Assembly: GCA_051362555.1 (NCBI GenBank)
Contig: CM120643.1
Coordinates: forward strand, 8,618,001-8,682,000
DNA: 64,000 bases
Reading direction: 5' to 3'
Source of the DNA: Lingula anatina
Lineage: Eukaryota > Animalia > Brachiopoda
Positions 13,101 through 26,000 of this stretch are shown here, in pieces. The position numbers and the translations under genes were made by a program. The first letter of the stretch is position 1. Each line of letters begins with the position of its first letter. Below the pieces are notes generated by a model that did not search any database, was not told the DNA's origin, and worked only from the letters and a program-made list of their open reading frames with translations.

Positions 13101-16100
13101 TTTTTCACTTTTTTCAGCATATATGCAATACCGATAACACATTTCAAAGAAAATCAATTGGCCAATTGTCTTGAAATTCACAGGGGTGATCAGTCTTACT
13201 GAAATAAAGGATAAGTTCGAAAATAAGCTTGATCGTTTCAGTTTTGGTGAAGTTATGCCTTTTTTATATAAGTGTTTTTTCCACAGATTTAATTGTTAGA
13301 CATGTTAACAATCTCATTTGTGAACTAATTAGTTATGAAAAGGTGTTCTTTTGACATTTTCTGCATCTTAACAATATTGTTAGTTAATTTTGTAAAAATG
13401 ATGGTAAACCTGTTATTGTGTATTGTGTAAAAAGTGTCAAAAATGGAAATAAACTCATATCTAAATAGAGTTTGTCATATTCAATCATTCACCATGTTCA
13501 GAATCTCAGAATGAAGCAAATTGGACATTTAAAATTGTTTTGTTGATTTTCTTTGTTGATCATTTAAAAATGACAGTAAATTGATTATTTTGTTATATGT
13601 AAAAAAGGTGTTGAAAGTGGAAAGAAAATCATTTCAGTACAGTTATCTCTTGTTTACATTTTGGCATTTTGAAGGTGTGGCTCTGAACTGCCATGGTCTT
13701 GAAGACCTTTCCATGTCACATTTTCTGAATATCCATGATACTTTTATTTTATTATTAAAAATTGTTAGTCATTATGCTGTTAAGAATTATGTAATATTGC
13801 GTCAAAATGGAAGACAACCCTATTTTAGACAATGCCTCCATAGTGACCATTAAAGGAAACCCAAGTCACATACTCTTTCCAAACTTACAGAATGTAGCAC
13901 AGGACTAAAATATAGCTTCAGTTGGAAAACCTATTATATCGGTTAACTTGCCTGACAATTATATAGTTTTTTTTTGTTAGAATTAAAAATTTCACATATG
14001 GACATTTTCAAGGTGTGACTTAGTCTTTGAACTTGCATTAGCTTGAATACCGTTGCTAGTCACATTTTCTGAATATCCATGATACTTTTACTTTATTATT
14101 AAAAATTAATGGTCATTATGCTGTTAAGCATTATGTTATATTGCATAAAAGTTGAAGAAAACCCTATTTTGGACACCACTGCCAGGATGACCGTTAAGGT
14201 TAAGAGAAAACCATGTTACTAATGATACCCAAACTTACTGATAAGTTTCATAGGACTGAAGTGCATCTTGTGTTGGAAAATCAGTGTGTTTGTTTTCTGT
14301 TTTAGATGCCATGCAGCCCTATAGAGTGCTATATGGGGCTACTGTATATGAATGGTGGTCAGTACGGTATGTAATTGTCCCTTGGGTAATCACTAGCTAA
14401 GTTCAGAGCTATTAAATCACTTGCCTAATTAATTTTCAAGTGCCCATTAAATAAGATTACATAAAACACAGGTTGAGATTTTCCAGTAAAGTCCCAAAGG
14501 TTAAGCTCTCTTAACTGTGTCACATAATTAGAAATCGGTGATAATTAGGCAGGTAAATGTTGTTTAATATTGCAAATAAGTTAACAAAAGAAAAAAAAAT
14601 TGTGTAATGCCAACATTTATGCTATAGATGAATAATAGTGCCTTATTATTCTCAAACACATTGGAGTTATTCATATCATGTTAATACAGCAAGATTAAAA
14701 GTTTGAATAGCAGCTTTATTAGAATATTTTTATTGTTTTTTTTAATTTTTTTTCAAACACTGGCATTTTCAACTCACATTCACCTGAAGCTCTTCACATT
14801 TTCTATATTTCCACATAAGCAGTTGCATTGGTTTTTATGTCTTTAAACATTAAGTAATATTATTTAATGCACTGTCATCATTTTTCAAATATTGGGATTT
14901 TCATTATGTGAGTTTGATTCAGTATTGATTGACAATGCTATTATAAGCATTATTTATTATTGCATCAAAATTGACAAAATGACCCATTTTCTGCATTTTT
15001 ATTTTCAATTTTTGTCTGTACCTTTGACAGCTTTGCTGCCTTGTTAACTTTAAGGTCACGTTTTCCCCTAAATGTTTGATTGGCTTTGTGACATCTTCTA
15101 ACAAATGTTTATTGTTAGTCTTATTGTAAAGAAAGGAAAACGTTTTAAAGCATGAATTTAGATCATCATGGTCAAGTCATGGTTAAGTTTTCAGAAACCA
15201 GTACAAATTGTTATGTGAATTATTGCATTGAACTTAGATGGGCTTTGTTTATTGGTATTCAAATAATCATTGATATGAATGGTACCTGTTAAGTTGTTTA
15301 AAAGAAGGCGATTAAGCTCCCTAAAAACAGTGGGAACTAGTACACACACTTAACTGTATATATATCGCATCTATTACAGAATGCATGTAAGAAGCTAAGA
15401 CGCCGACTTGAGCCGTATATAGCCGGTAATCCTGGTGGATCATGGGAAGATAGGGTAAGTGATATATGCTTGGGAATGATTATAATTAGTATATTAACGG
15501 AAATGAAAACTTATGAAACATGAATTTGATCAGTACAAGTACAGAGCACATTCAAGCTTTGTGTACATTTTTGTCAATTCGTTATCTCTATGTTACGGTA
15601 GAAATAATCCTGTGAAAGGACGCTCGGTTTATAATCAACACACTAAAATAAACTATATTTTATATAAAAAAGGTCTCAATATATAAAACTGAATATTATC
15701 TATCGTAATCGCAGGTTAAGGCTGCCTATATGGACAGAATCAGCCTGTCTGCAACAGGTTATTACAAGTAAGTAATGTCTTCAAACGTGTTTGTATCGGT
15801 AATGTTTAGAAATACCTTGGACCTAAATAGAGAAGGACAAGTAACGCGGAGAAAGATCAAAGGATAATCGGCTTAGCGAGAGCTCTTCGCGAAACGATGT
15901 GCGTTCGGATCACGCGACCTCCCGTACAGGTAGCGAGCATATCGCGGCTGTTGATGACTTTTTGTGTCATTTGGACAGGTAGCTGGTGATAACGCGAGGA
16001 AAACGTTCTGGTGGATGAGTCAAGACACTTATAGAGATAAAATGTAAGTACAATTTCTTTTGCTATTTTGGATGCTAGATGAGAATAAGGTATGTTTGTT

Positions 16101-19100
16101 CATGGAGGAATTCAAAATGCCCAATATGGTGAAGGCAATCGTGTTTGTTGCCGTAAAATGAGTGTTTGAAATTGTACAACTGCAGTGTCGAATACTTGTC
16201 TTTAGCTATGATCCGATAGAAAAATATTTCTAGTCTCGAAATTTTACCTCTATGTAAAGAATTAGCCTTAGATGCGGCAATAATTTAACCTCAAATCGTG
16301 TTTTGAGTTAAAATGACGCAATTCCTCTCCGATTTATTCGACTCGCCGACATCGTTTTAGGTCTGGTATTTTTTTACGTAAGGTGGCATCAACACCGCTG
16401 TGTACTATATGTATAGCTATACAGTATAGGTTTATGTTACTTGCTTAAGTGAGCCCGAATTATGGAATGATAATTAATATTTTTAACTCTTAATATGGGC
16501 TCTCGTTGCAACATGACACCACACATGCAATTGTGACACACAAAAACGCACCTGTGATCCTTTTAATATCCTTTTATCAAAGTTGACATTAAAACTGCTC
16601 TGAAGTATATATATATTTACACATTACCGGCTACAGTCAGCTCCGGTCTGAGAATGATAATTATTATTTTTTTAACTCTCAATATGGGCTATCATTGCAA
16701 TACGGCACCACACATGCAATTATGACACACAAAAACGCACCTGTGATCCTTTTAATATCCTTTTATCAAAGTTGACATTAAAACTGCTCTGAAGTATATA
16801 TATATTTACACATTACCAGCTACAGTCAGCTCCGGTCTGAAAATGATAATTATTATTTTTTTAACTCTCAATATGGGCTATCATTGCAATACGGCACCAC
16901 ACATGCAATTATGACACACAAAAACGCACCTGTGATCCTTTTAATATCCTTTTATCAAAGTTGACATTAAAACTGCTCTGAAGTATATATATATTTACAC
17001 ATTACCGGCTACAGTCAGCTCCGGTCTGAGAATGATAATTATTATTTTTTTAACTCTTAATATGGGCTATCATTGCAATATGGCACCACCCATGCAATTG
17101 TGACATACAAAAACGCACCTGTGGGCCTTTTAATATCCTTTTATCAAAGTTGATATTAACACTACTCTGAAGTATATATGTATATTCACATGACCGGCTA
17201 AAGTCTGCTCCAGTTTGAGAATGATAATTAATAGATTTTCATTTTTAAATTGGATTCCTTAAACAGAATAAAGACGATTGACAAACACCCTCATTGGTCT
17301 TATAGTGAAAGTGTATATTTGGACATGTACACATGCAAAGTTCATGATTATATTTACTTGGGTAATGGTCATACAAGTAGATCTTGATCACATTTGTGAT
17401 AAGAGTCTCACCTCTGTAATTGCCTTGCTACATTGCATTATCTTGTTATCAGGTGCTTGAAATCTTTGAAATAATCCTGAGACATGCCTTTGGATAGCAC
17501 CTAGCTGGCTTTATCAAATCATCAAAGGGCCTGACGGTTTAGTTACCTGGCTGATAATGATCTAGAAAGCCCATGCCTAACAAGGGAAGTAAATTTAACT
17601 AGAGGGAAAATCTACCTGACAGGTAGAATCTTGAGATGCATTTGATAAGGCTTACCTGTGGCTCAAATGTCCAAGTAGAAGTAAAAAGGGTAATTGTCAT
17701 TAATAGTAGTTTGTGATAAAAACATTCTTTTTCTCTTCCAGATTCTCTCCACAAGATGCCGGAAAGTCAAAATTGGACAATGCACCATTGCCCAAGAGGA
17801 GACGCACTAATTAAATATTTGGACAATAATTCACATAGGTCAATAAGAAATTAGTTTATACCTTTTATAAATAAGTTAATACTACTCGTGATACAAATAG
17901 GAAAGAACTCCAACATGACTTTCACAAAAAGAGACAAGACAAGAAAACTGCATATGTATTGTATATTCATCATCACTAGCTTTGTAACACTAACAAGCAT
18001 TTTTAATGTTTACTTTTTTAATAATAAATATTGGAATGTACTCAAGTTGTTTTATATTTGCTATCTTATAATGAAAAAAAAATGAAATGTAAAAAAACAT
18101 GGATTATATGCTAAAGACAGTTTTTTCTTGCTTGATTGAAATTGCATATTCAATTACCTCAGAATACACTAACTACAGGTTTAAAAAATCTGATCCTGAT
18201 AAAATTCATACTCACATTTGACTTTGACCCTCTTGCAGTGATATGCGTCTTATTTGTCAAATCTTTTATTATTACAATATATTAAGTTGTGTAAAAAAAA
18301 AGGAAGTGAAAAGAAATAAAAAGAAGATTTTTAATGTCAAATATATGCATTTTTTATTACCATAAGATCAGTATTGGTGAAATTAATCTCATATTGTAAA
18401 CGGGTAACTTTTAATGAAAAATAAAACGAAATATAAATGAAAGATAGTTGCTGACTGAAAAACCAAATATTATAAATACTTATAATAAGTTCTTGAATTA
18501 TGACTGCTTTTCAGTTACTGAAAACAGAAAACCATATTTTGGTACCTGGTGTATTATTTTCTACCAAACTAATACGACAAATCTGACTTTTAAATAACTA
18601 ATTAAAATTGATGTAAACCTAGAAGAAATTTCTAATTAAGATCTTAATTGCTAAGTGAAAAAACCCAAATGTTATAAATGCACAAGATCATACTGTCTGT
18701 TTGTTGAAAATCTAGGTAATAATTCAAGCTGTAATACTACTCTTCCTTTTGAGAGACCTTCTCAATCCTTTTTCTTTCGTAGATGCAGACACAGATTCTT
18801 GGTACTTTTCTTTAAGCTGTCTGCGAAATGAGTGGCCCCTAATGGTAATATATAATTTCACAAACATGCTAAAAAGGTCCATTTTTACTTTGTCTGATTC
18901 ACCAGCAGTCAGTTCTTGTGTAAGTTTGATTGATCTTCCGGGGTGTGACAGCTACATGTAGGAATGAGATTTCCGGTCGTTGGGTGCGTATTCCTGTCCT
19001 GTCAGAGACTACCTCACGGGCAGGGAAAGACAGCAGGTATTGAAGACAAACTTCACACCCCGTTTTTATGAGGTAACGGGGAAAAAATGCCGAAAACCCC

Positions 19101-22100
19101 TCAAAAAATCTCCACGTGTTGACGGAAACTTGTGTGCTCGCAACTGCAAGATGGCGGCAATGCTGTATCATAGCAACCACGAGGGACTGCGAGAAATTGC
19201 GTTATCAATGCAGAGAAACAATAGAAATCCACTGAAGCACAGCGCGTGCTACCTTGATAATGAGCTGTTCAGACGCCCGTGGAGCTATCAAAACAGATTA
19301 TGTGAGACAAAAGGCGAATGTTTACCCGAACGCACATAGCTTCAAAGGAAGATGCCGCGTTACTTGTCCTTCTCTAGTTAGGTCCAAGGAAATACAAATG
19401 GACCCATATCGGTAATGTTTAAAAACACAAATGGATCTAGATAGGTAATGTTTAAAAATACAAATGGACCCAAATCGGTAGTGTTTAAAAACACAAATGG
19501 AACCAAACCTTCAATCAATTTGCTAAAATAAATACAAGTTTGTGTTAAAAATGCTTCTGTTACGTTATTGCATCGATCCCAAACTTTAAAGGTTATATTT
19601 TGTATATAACCTACGTGTACCTTATGCGTGAACAATATATTTCAACTTAAAAAGTTTTTTGAGCGTTTCCGGTATATGCTGCCCTACAAAAAGTGTCACC
19701 ACAAACGCAATGCGAAAAGTGGCACAAAAAATCATGTCATGAACCAATGCTATTTATTCAACTTCTAAGCGGAATTATTTTTCACAATTTTTTTAATAAT
19801 TGGTGATGAAGTATTTCATTGGATAAGCTAGGCGCTCGACTACACCCATCCCCAATTTACACAATGACTGGTTGCCTAGTTATGTTATAGTAAAATAAAA
19901 ACTATATGCACCCTTGCAGCAATATATATAATTCCGGTAAGGGTGACGCTTTTTTGTAGGGTACGTTAAGCGTCTGTTTAAACCAACGGAATAAGGTCGA
20001 CCCCTCTCTCCCCTATAAAATTGAACAAAAAGACAATTAACATGGAAACAAAAGCAGAACAAAAATTAAATAAAAATTTAATTATTTTTTTCAGGCCACG
20101 CTTTGCAATCCAAACCAGGAGCTGACATTTGTTCTTCACTATTAAAGCTTTCTGTCTTCTGAAAGTTCGGCTTTCACTAGTTAAAATGTGTTGTTTCCTT
20201 GTTATATTCAGGGTTCCCGATACCTGGGACGATAACTATGTACCTGTAGAAGGAGAGCAAACCACGCAGAGTTACTACACATACGGCGCCGCTTGTTCCG
20301 TGGTTGAAATAGATTGCCTTACCGGAGACCATGTGGTAATGTTCTATACTTTGTGCACACTGTTTTAGTGACAATGTCGTTTTTGTGTTTATCCCTTTTT
20401 AATAAAAAAGTATAACCTTCTTTCTGACTTCAGGTAAAAAGGTCAATATATTAATAAAAGAGACCCTCTCTTCTGTTACAGCTAATGATCGCCATTAAAC
20501 TTACTTTGTCTATAATTCTAAAAGTATGAAATATATATTTCTGTTATATTTTATTATTCAATCTGTAGTATTTATTTACCTATTGTCATGCAAAAGCGTA
20601 ACGGACCAGGCGTCTAGTCTAAAGTCAAAGAAGAGTAAATATATACTGGCGTTCTACAAATATCTCTTTATAACATCTAAGGTGTTGCGAACAGATATCG
20701 TTATGGATGTTGGAAGAAGTTTGAATCCAGCCATTGATATTGGACAGATAGAGGGAGCCTTCGCGCAGGTGAAATAATAATAATAATTATAATAATGAAA
20801 ACAAAAGAAGAAAGTTATACCTCAAAACTATTGGATTGGTTCCTATCAGTTATTGAATTATTGCTCTTTATTCATCGGACAGATATTTTGGAGAGTGCTC
20901 TATTAATCACATAAGGATAACTTAATAGCAAACCATCAGCTCTTTTAAAAGGCAATAGCGTTTAGAATTATTGTAGAATTTACTCCCTGGATATCACATT
21001 AAGCCACACTAAGATGGGAGAACAAAGTCTATAAATAAATAAACTCCTTACAAGTATAACATTTCATTTTCTAAGAGGATGTATGTGCTTTGTAGGGCTA
21101 TGGGTTATTCACCATCGAACAACTGAGATACTCTTCTGAGGGAAGACTGATAACTAATGGTCCAAACACATACAAGATCCCTGGTTATGGAGACATCCCC
21201 GTTGAATTCAATGTGTCTTTACTGAAAGGTGCTTCCAATCCCAAAGCAGTATATTCTTCCAAAGTAAGGATACGCTGTATCATTAAAACCTTAAAAGATT
21301 TATTTAACAATAAGACATTTTGGATATTAAATTAAGTTGCCTTTATTTCTGTAATCCCTAATAATTTATTCTTTTAAGAACTGCAACCAAAAACTCTTCA
21401 AGTTTTACCAATGAAGAGTGTCTATAATATGTACTGGTGAAAAGCAGCAGTCAAAGGATTACTTTGAGAAAATAAGTCGAGTGTAGTTTTGAATGCTTAT
21501 AAGTTAATGTACCTAACGAGGAGTTATATTTATTATTTGATTTGACAATGCGTTGGCTAAGTAGAGGTAGCTCAGAAATACATTATTGTAATACAATAAG
21601 TTGATTATGACTTCTGTAGTAAAGAGAGCAAATTTGTTTTCTTAACATTATCTCATCATCCAGGTATTAATATTAATTTGATATAGTTTACATGTTAAAA
21701 AAAATACCTTTGAGTAGACTTAAACCGTCTGGCTCTTATTGTTGACAGGGTATAGGTGAACCCCCTTTGTTCCTGGCGTCCTCAGTGTTCTTTGCCATCA
21801 AGGATGCCATATCGTCTGCTAGAGCCGAGTCTGGTTTGAAAGGGAGGTTCCGATTAGACAGTCCAGCCACAGCTGAGAGGATCAGGATGGCATGTGAGGA
21901 TCAGTTTACACGACAGGTAAACGTACATTGAGAAAAGGTTGCTTATGTATTGGCCACGAAAACCATTGTTCTTAGGCAATGTACTCGCCTTGATAAATGC
22001 TACCTCATGTTTTATACAGGACCCTGTCTTCTATTTTCCTTTTCTGTATTCTGAATGAAAATATTTTATTTCAATTAACTGGTACTGGTACATACCGACT

Positions 22101-22181
22101 TAAAAACACTCTCCTTTGGCTTTGTTGTAGTGTGTACCAAACACTCATCATATCTTGAGGCCAAGGTTTATAGATGTGTAA
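554..22181 (+). CDS. XDH: Xanthine dehydrogenase / aldehyde oxidase family molybdoflavoenzyme (33 exons; several AOX-like substitutions)
   Basis: The frame is continuous across exons 554-595, 1219-1276, 1522-1618, 1718-1826, 2160-2286, 2630-2829, 3017-3158, 3947-4114, 4398-4474, 4731-4824, 5206-5318, 5576-5760, 6219-6381, 6752-6962, 7158-7336, 7745-7864, 8240-8467, 8688-8751, 8994-9060, 9281-9368, 9726-9812, 9985-10176, 10503-10648, 11304-11388, 11678-11776, 12470-12598, 15380-15454, 15715-15767, 20212-20335, 20682-20768, 21096-21263, 21749-21916, 22131-22181. Motifs: [14 protein letters not shown]; 2Fe-2[25 protein letters not shown] and GNLCRCTGY; Moco-domain [43 protein letters not shown] and GEPPLFL. 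Orthology (XDH versus AOX) and the choice of last exon are uncertain. Confidence 0.95.
573..886 (+). repeat. Diverged ~160-bp tandem duplication covering the end of XDH exon 1 and its donor site
   Basis: TATTTTTCGTTAATGGGAAGAAGGT...GAATGCATACCTGA (~573-722) recurs as TATTTTTCGTTAATGAAAAGAAGGT...GAATGCATACTTGA (~735-885). Confidence 0.8.
1277..1521 (+). other. U12-type (minor spliceosome) GT-AG intron, XDH intron 2
   Basis: The 5' site is GTATCCTTTT. A branch-like TCCTTTAC lies at 1502-1509, about 13 nt from the AG at 1520-1521. Confidence 0.85.
1619..1717 (+). other. U12-type intron with non-canonical 3' end (GT-TG), XDH intron 3
   Basis: The 5' site is GTATCCTTAC and the branch-like sequence is TTTTCCCTAAC (1697-1707). 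Coding homology (EIF|[12 protein letters not shown]) resumes at 1718 after ...GACTTG. There is no usable AG. Confidence 0.75.
7090..7139. repeat. (TATC)n microsatellite
   Basis: About 12 TATC/TGTC units just upstream of the XDH exon 15 acceptor. Confidence 0.9.
7996..8200. repeat. TTGCAGCA/TGCTGCAA-rich segment, likely a DNA-transposon terminal fragment with subterminal repeats
   Basis: Starts CCCTTAGCAAA and carries many direct and inverted TGCAGC motifs. No second end was found. Confidence 0.4.
12766..15045 (+). mobile_element. Non-autonomous Helentron/DINE-1-like (HINE) element in XDH intron 26
   Basis: Begins with a T-run and the hairpin ATGTACAGACACA-GA-TGTGTCTGTACAT, and has internal tandem core repeats. 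The 3' end has the inverted subterminal copy TGTCTGTAC, the stem-loop GACAGC-TTT-GCTGCC and CTTGTT. It is homologous to 59141-61336. Confidence 0.8.
16465..17230. repeat. Four ~189-bp tandem repeats inside the TIR element
   Basis: The unit start (G)AATGATAATTA recurs at ~16465, 16652, 16841, 17030 and 17219. The middle units are nearly identical. Confidence 0.95.
18724..18951 (-). pseudogene. C-terminal remnant of a transposon-borne protein
   Basis: A stop-free 75-codon stretch ends ...[51 protein letters not shown]. It is protein-like, with a helix and a basic tail, and lies inside the TIR element. Confidence 0.5.
19390..19506. repeat. 33-bp minisatellite (~4 units; first unit begins at ~15795 and is interrupted by the TIR element)
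   Basis: The repeated unit is close to ATCGGTAATGTTTAAAAACACAAATGGACCCAT. Confidence 0.85.
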
Positions 22182-23069
22182 ACAAGTAGGACATGTGACC
22201 GGAAAGTTTGGTTCCAACGTTAGTTTGCTTATGTTATAACCAGGATTCAGCCAAAACTTGTCTACGGGTTATCAGGAATATATTTGTGGACTCTTTAACT
22301 CCCGATGATAACCGCATGACAACTCGCAATAGCAAATTGGTGGTTAAGGGTTTTCTTATTGGACAACTGTAATCAGAATATAATGGCTGCCATGAATGTA
22401 CTCGAGACTCTTTAAATATAATCGGTCAGAGCACATGTATGATAGTGCAGTCCAGAGTACTGAGGTATATGTTTATTCGGTACTGTTGCGTTAATAATGC
22501 TATTAAACATTGTAGTGAAGTAATTGTGATTTTGTCTAAGAATGCACGGGCACCATATTAACAGGCACACCTAAAAGATAACCAGTGACCATACCCAAAT
22601 ACCTGACCGAATTTGGAAGTTATTATTATGGGGTTTCTTTGTAGGTTTTCTAATTTGAAGAACTCATATCACCATCTTTTTACCATTTTATCTTAAGACA
22701 GATATTCACAGTATCTGATGTTCACCTCTAATAAATATATTATTTTTGTTATCTTGTAATTATACTATTGTTGTTGTGTCTACCATTACACGTATACCAC
22801 CAACTAGCGCGTGTTCACGTGTTTTTTATTGGTTTTATGGTTGTTTGCCTTACTGCATTGCATTTGATCATATATAAAGGTGTCACTAAAAATTTCTTAA
22901 TAAAATCACCATAACAACATTCTCTACCTTTTATAGTTCCTAAAAACTGATGCAGAGAAACCAGAAGCTACGGTTTTCGTCAGCAATTAATTTTCATTAT
23001 CATGATCATTTTTTATAAAAAGCATACCACTTACAAACAGTCACAGGTACACGGAATCTCACATTTGAA

Positions 23070-26000
23070 CTAGTGGTTATTTTCAATATCACCACATGGT
23101 TGAATCTTTTCAACTACATAAGATTCGTTAAAGTCTAAAAGGGTAATTGCGTCCAGTGGTTTATCACTTTTGTTATCCGTTATGTATTTGCTTCCAGTGG
23201 GTCTCGTATTGCAAAGAAGCGGTGTTGCCATCTGTTGTTCTGCATTGGCTGGCGATGTGCATGTCTGGGCAGTGTTCCGGAATTTATTACATGATATGAT
23301 TATGATCTGAGCAACCAGTATGAAACCATAAAACATCCCCAAGGCGTTGAATACCAATGTATAGGACCTGTATTTGTCCAGAGCGAGTCCTACAATGATA
23401 TATTCGTTCAGAATTCGAGTGAAAAATTATTTTTAATAATTTTTTATTAATAGGCCTTAATGTACATACTTTTAAGTAATAACAAAATTGAATAAAAATA
23501 TGTTTATTACATTAAGTTGAACAATTTTACTTTGGGAGTAGAGTTACATGGTGTTTAAAATGTAGAAATAAATAACTTTGAAAAACCTTAGGTGTCGCTT
23601 AACTTAAGAGAATCAGTGTACAGGTTCTAGATAAAGTACATTTCCATAAAGTCTGGAGACAAAAGGAGATATTGATATGCTTTACATATTTTAAAACTCT
23701 AGCTTTGTTAGTTAGCTTCGTTAGCTGTCTACGATATACACCCTTTTAGACACCTACTTTTTTGTATCATTATGGCTAGTAACTCTGTACATGCACTCAC
23801 CTGATAAAATCCCACCGGTGCTTAATCCAATGCCCCGACCAACAAGCTGAATGAGGAATAGACCGTGAACACTTTCTCCCCCCAGAACCTCGTTACAGGC
23901 AGCAAACCATGCAGCAATGATGGGACCCTGCCCGGCTCCTAGAACTGAATTATTACAAAAAATCATTGATGCCCTTTATATCACAATTAATTGGCAAGCT
24001 GGATCATATTATCGTTTCACTGTACATACCAAGAGGCGATGTTCGTATTCAATAAGAGTGCATTCAGAACAACGGACTAATAGATCCACAGATCAAATAT
24101 GGCCGACCCACTTGAATGCTGGTTGCGTAATCCCCGTGGTAAATGCATTCAATGTCTAATCGGGAAGTAAGCGGCAAGCTTATAAGTGGGTCGCCATATT
24201 TGATCCGCGGATCTGTAAGGCCGCTGTTCTGAATGTCCTCTTAAATTATCTGGCGCCATTTTGTTCACCACCATGGAGGAACGTTCTATATACATCTTTA
24301 TTTTGTGAATCAGATACTGCATGATTTATCAAGTGACATTTATATCCAATTACCATAGCGTTTATAAATTTTTCCCTATTTTCAAAAATTGAAAGGTTTA
24401 AAAAATCGAGATCTACCTGCGCCAAATGAGACAACACCCGCTAGTGATCTGCTTAAAGGTATAAGAAAACAAGCAAGCGCCAACATCAATGCGCAGCCGG
24501 CGTACACGTATAACAAGTAACCCTTGATAAAATCTCCTAATATTCCGATAAAAAGGCGAGAAAGTGCGTTGGTCACGCCGAACGCCGTTAGAGTATATGT
24601 GGAAGTCAGGCCGTGAAACCCCTGGTCTTCAGCGTATTTTACCTGTAACGCACAGTTAAGGAGTTGTGATATTCTGGGTGCAATATGACAGCACACCCAG
24701 ATCCGAAATACAAAATACAAGAATCAATAACATTGCTAAGTAAATGATACACAAGTGATAGTATTGCAGTGATGTGAAGTGCTATAAGTATAATGTAAAT
24801 GAAATAGAATACGAAACTTTATATATCGAGGTGTGTTAAGTTTTTTTAAGTAAATGTTCAAGTAGGTACTTCAGAGTTGCACTTTTGGCGGCATACAATT
24901 CAATGCGCATCCATTTTGCATCAATTTTTTCATTAAATGCATTAAATGTCTTCGGTCTTACCAAAAAGCTATAAATCACTGATTGGCCTAGCCCTTTGCA
25001 CACAGCCGTCAGAAACCACAAGGTCATCAAGGTCATTTTAATCCATTTTCCCCAGGGCGTAGTATGCAGGTCATTGTCATCACGCTTTGAACAAGCCACT
25101 TCTTCTGATTTTGGCTCCCGATAAACAAATCCGGTAAAAACGACGAGGAACACGCCAAATATGAGCAAGAAGATAAACGAGTATCTCCATCCAGCAGTAA
25201 TGATTATCCATCTTATAAGCAGGGGCATCGTTGCGAACCCTGAAAGTCAAATGGTGATTTATCAGTAATCGAAAATATAAGTAACCTTTAGATTTTATCG
25301 GATGTTAAATGATAGGTATATGTGAAAAAATCAGGAACTCTACGCTATATGTGAAATAAGTGCGTAAAACATATATACGCCTGTTTTGTGATGTAGTGAT
25401 AAGGTTAGAGTGAAATATAATGATAATTTGAGGTTTGGTGTAAGCGCAGAACTCTGAACAAGAAATTGACAATTCCGACCATTCCACAGTATCCCCCAAA
25501 ACATGTTTCCTTCCTTAATTTATCTTCTCCACATATTCCAAAAACAAAAGGGAAACATGAGCGAATGATCCTTGTCTCAGTTCCTTTGAACTCAGCTGGT
25601 TGGAAAAGTTTTATAAAGAAAACGATAATATTAATATGGAAAGGAAAACACTGTTACTTGATCCATACAACGACATACAGCGTGATCAATACTATCGCCG
25701 TGTCTCTTTACCTGATGGAATGACCATCATTTGAAAGCTGGTGGCAAGGACATGGTAACGATGGTGCCACGGAAACCACTTGTTCAAAAGGAATGACATC
25801 GGGGCCATACAGAAATTCATTCCAAATCCAACAATCACTGGACGAGAAATTAGCAGGAACGCCATGTTTGGTGCAACGGCACTCAAGCCCTGTCCCAGAC
25901 AGCAAAGTCCCAAACCAATCCGTATGGTCCACGGGCGTCCAAGTATATCGGCTATCAAATTTGTTAGATAGCTGGGGACGAGCATGAAGGCCAAAAACAG

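Larger units (their letters stand above)
15815..19389. mobile_element. 3.6-kb non-autonomous TIR DNA transposon (35-bp TIRs, 5-bp TSD AAATA) in XDH intron 28
   Basis: Left TIR CCTTGGACCTAAATAGAGAAGGACAAGTAACGCGG and right TIR CCGCGTTACTTGTCCTTCTCTAGTTAGGTCCAAGG differ by 1 mismatch. AAATA lies at 15810-15814 and 19390-19394. The element splits one unit of a 33-bp minisatellite. Confidence 0.92.

Noticed and set aside
16465-17230. CRISPR-like array
   Set aside because: The units are contiguous and near-identical with no unique spacers, there are no cas genes, and the context is eukaryotic. The same applies to the 33-bp repeat at 19390-19506.
18980-19339. 119-aa plus-strand ORF in the TIR element
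   Set aside because: It starts at TTG, has no recognisable domain and lies in the CpG-rich end of the element. It is probably a chance ORF.
15815-19389. ProtoRAG/Transib identity for the 5-bp-TSD element with convergent remnants
   Set aside because: The TIRs begin CCTTGGA, not the RSS-like CAC heptamer, and no RAG1 core or RAG2 kelch sequence is recognisable.
554-22181. XDH/AOX as a pseudogene
   Set aside because: I found no stops or frameshifts across 33 exons. The Fe-S cysteines and the catalytic Glu are intact.
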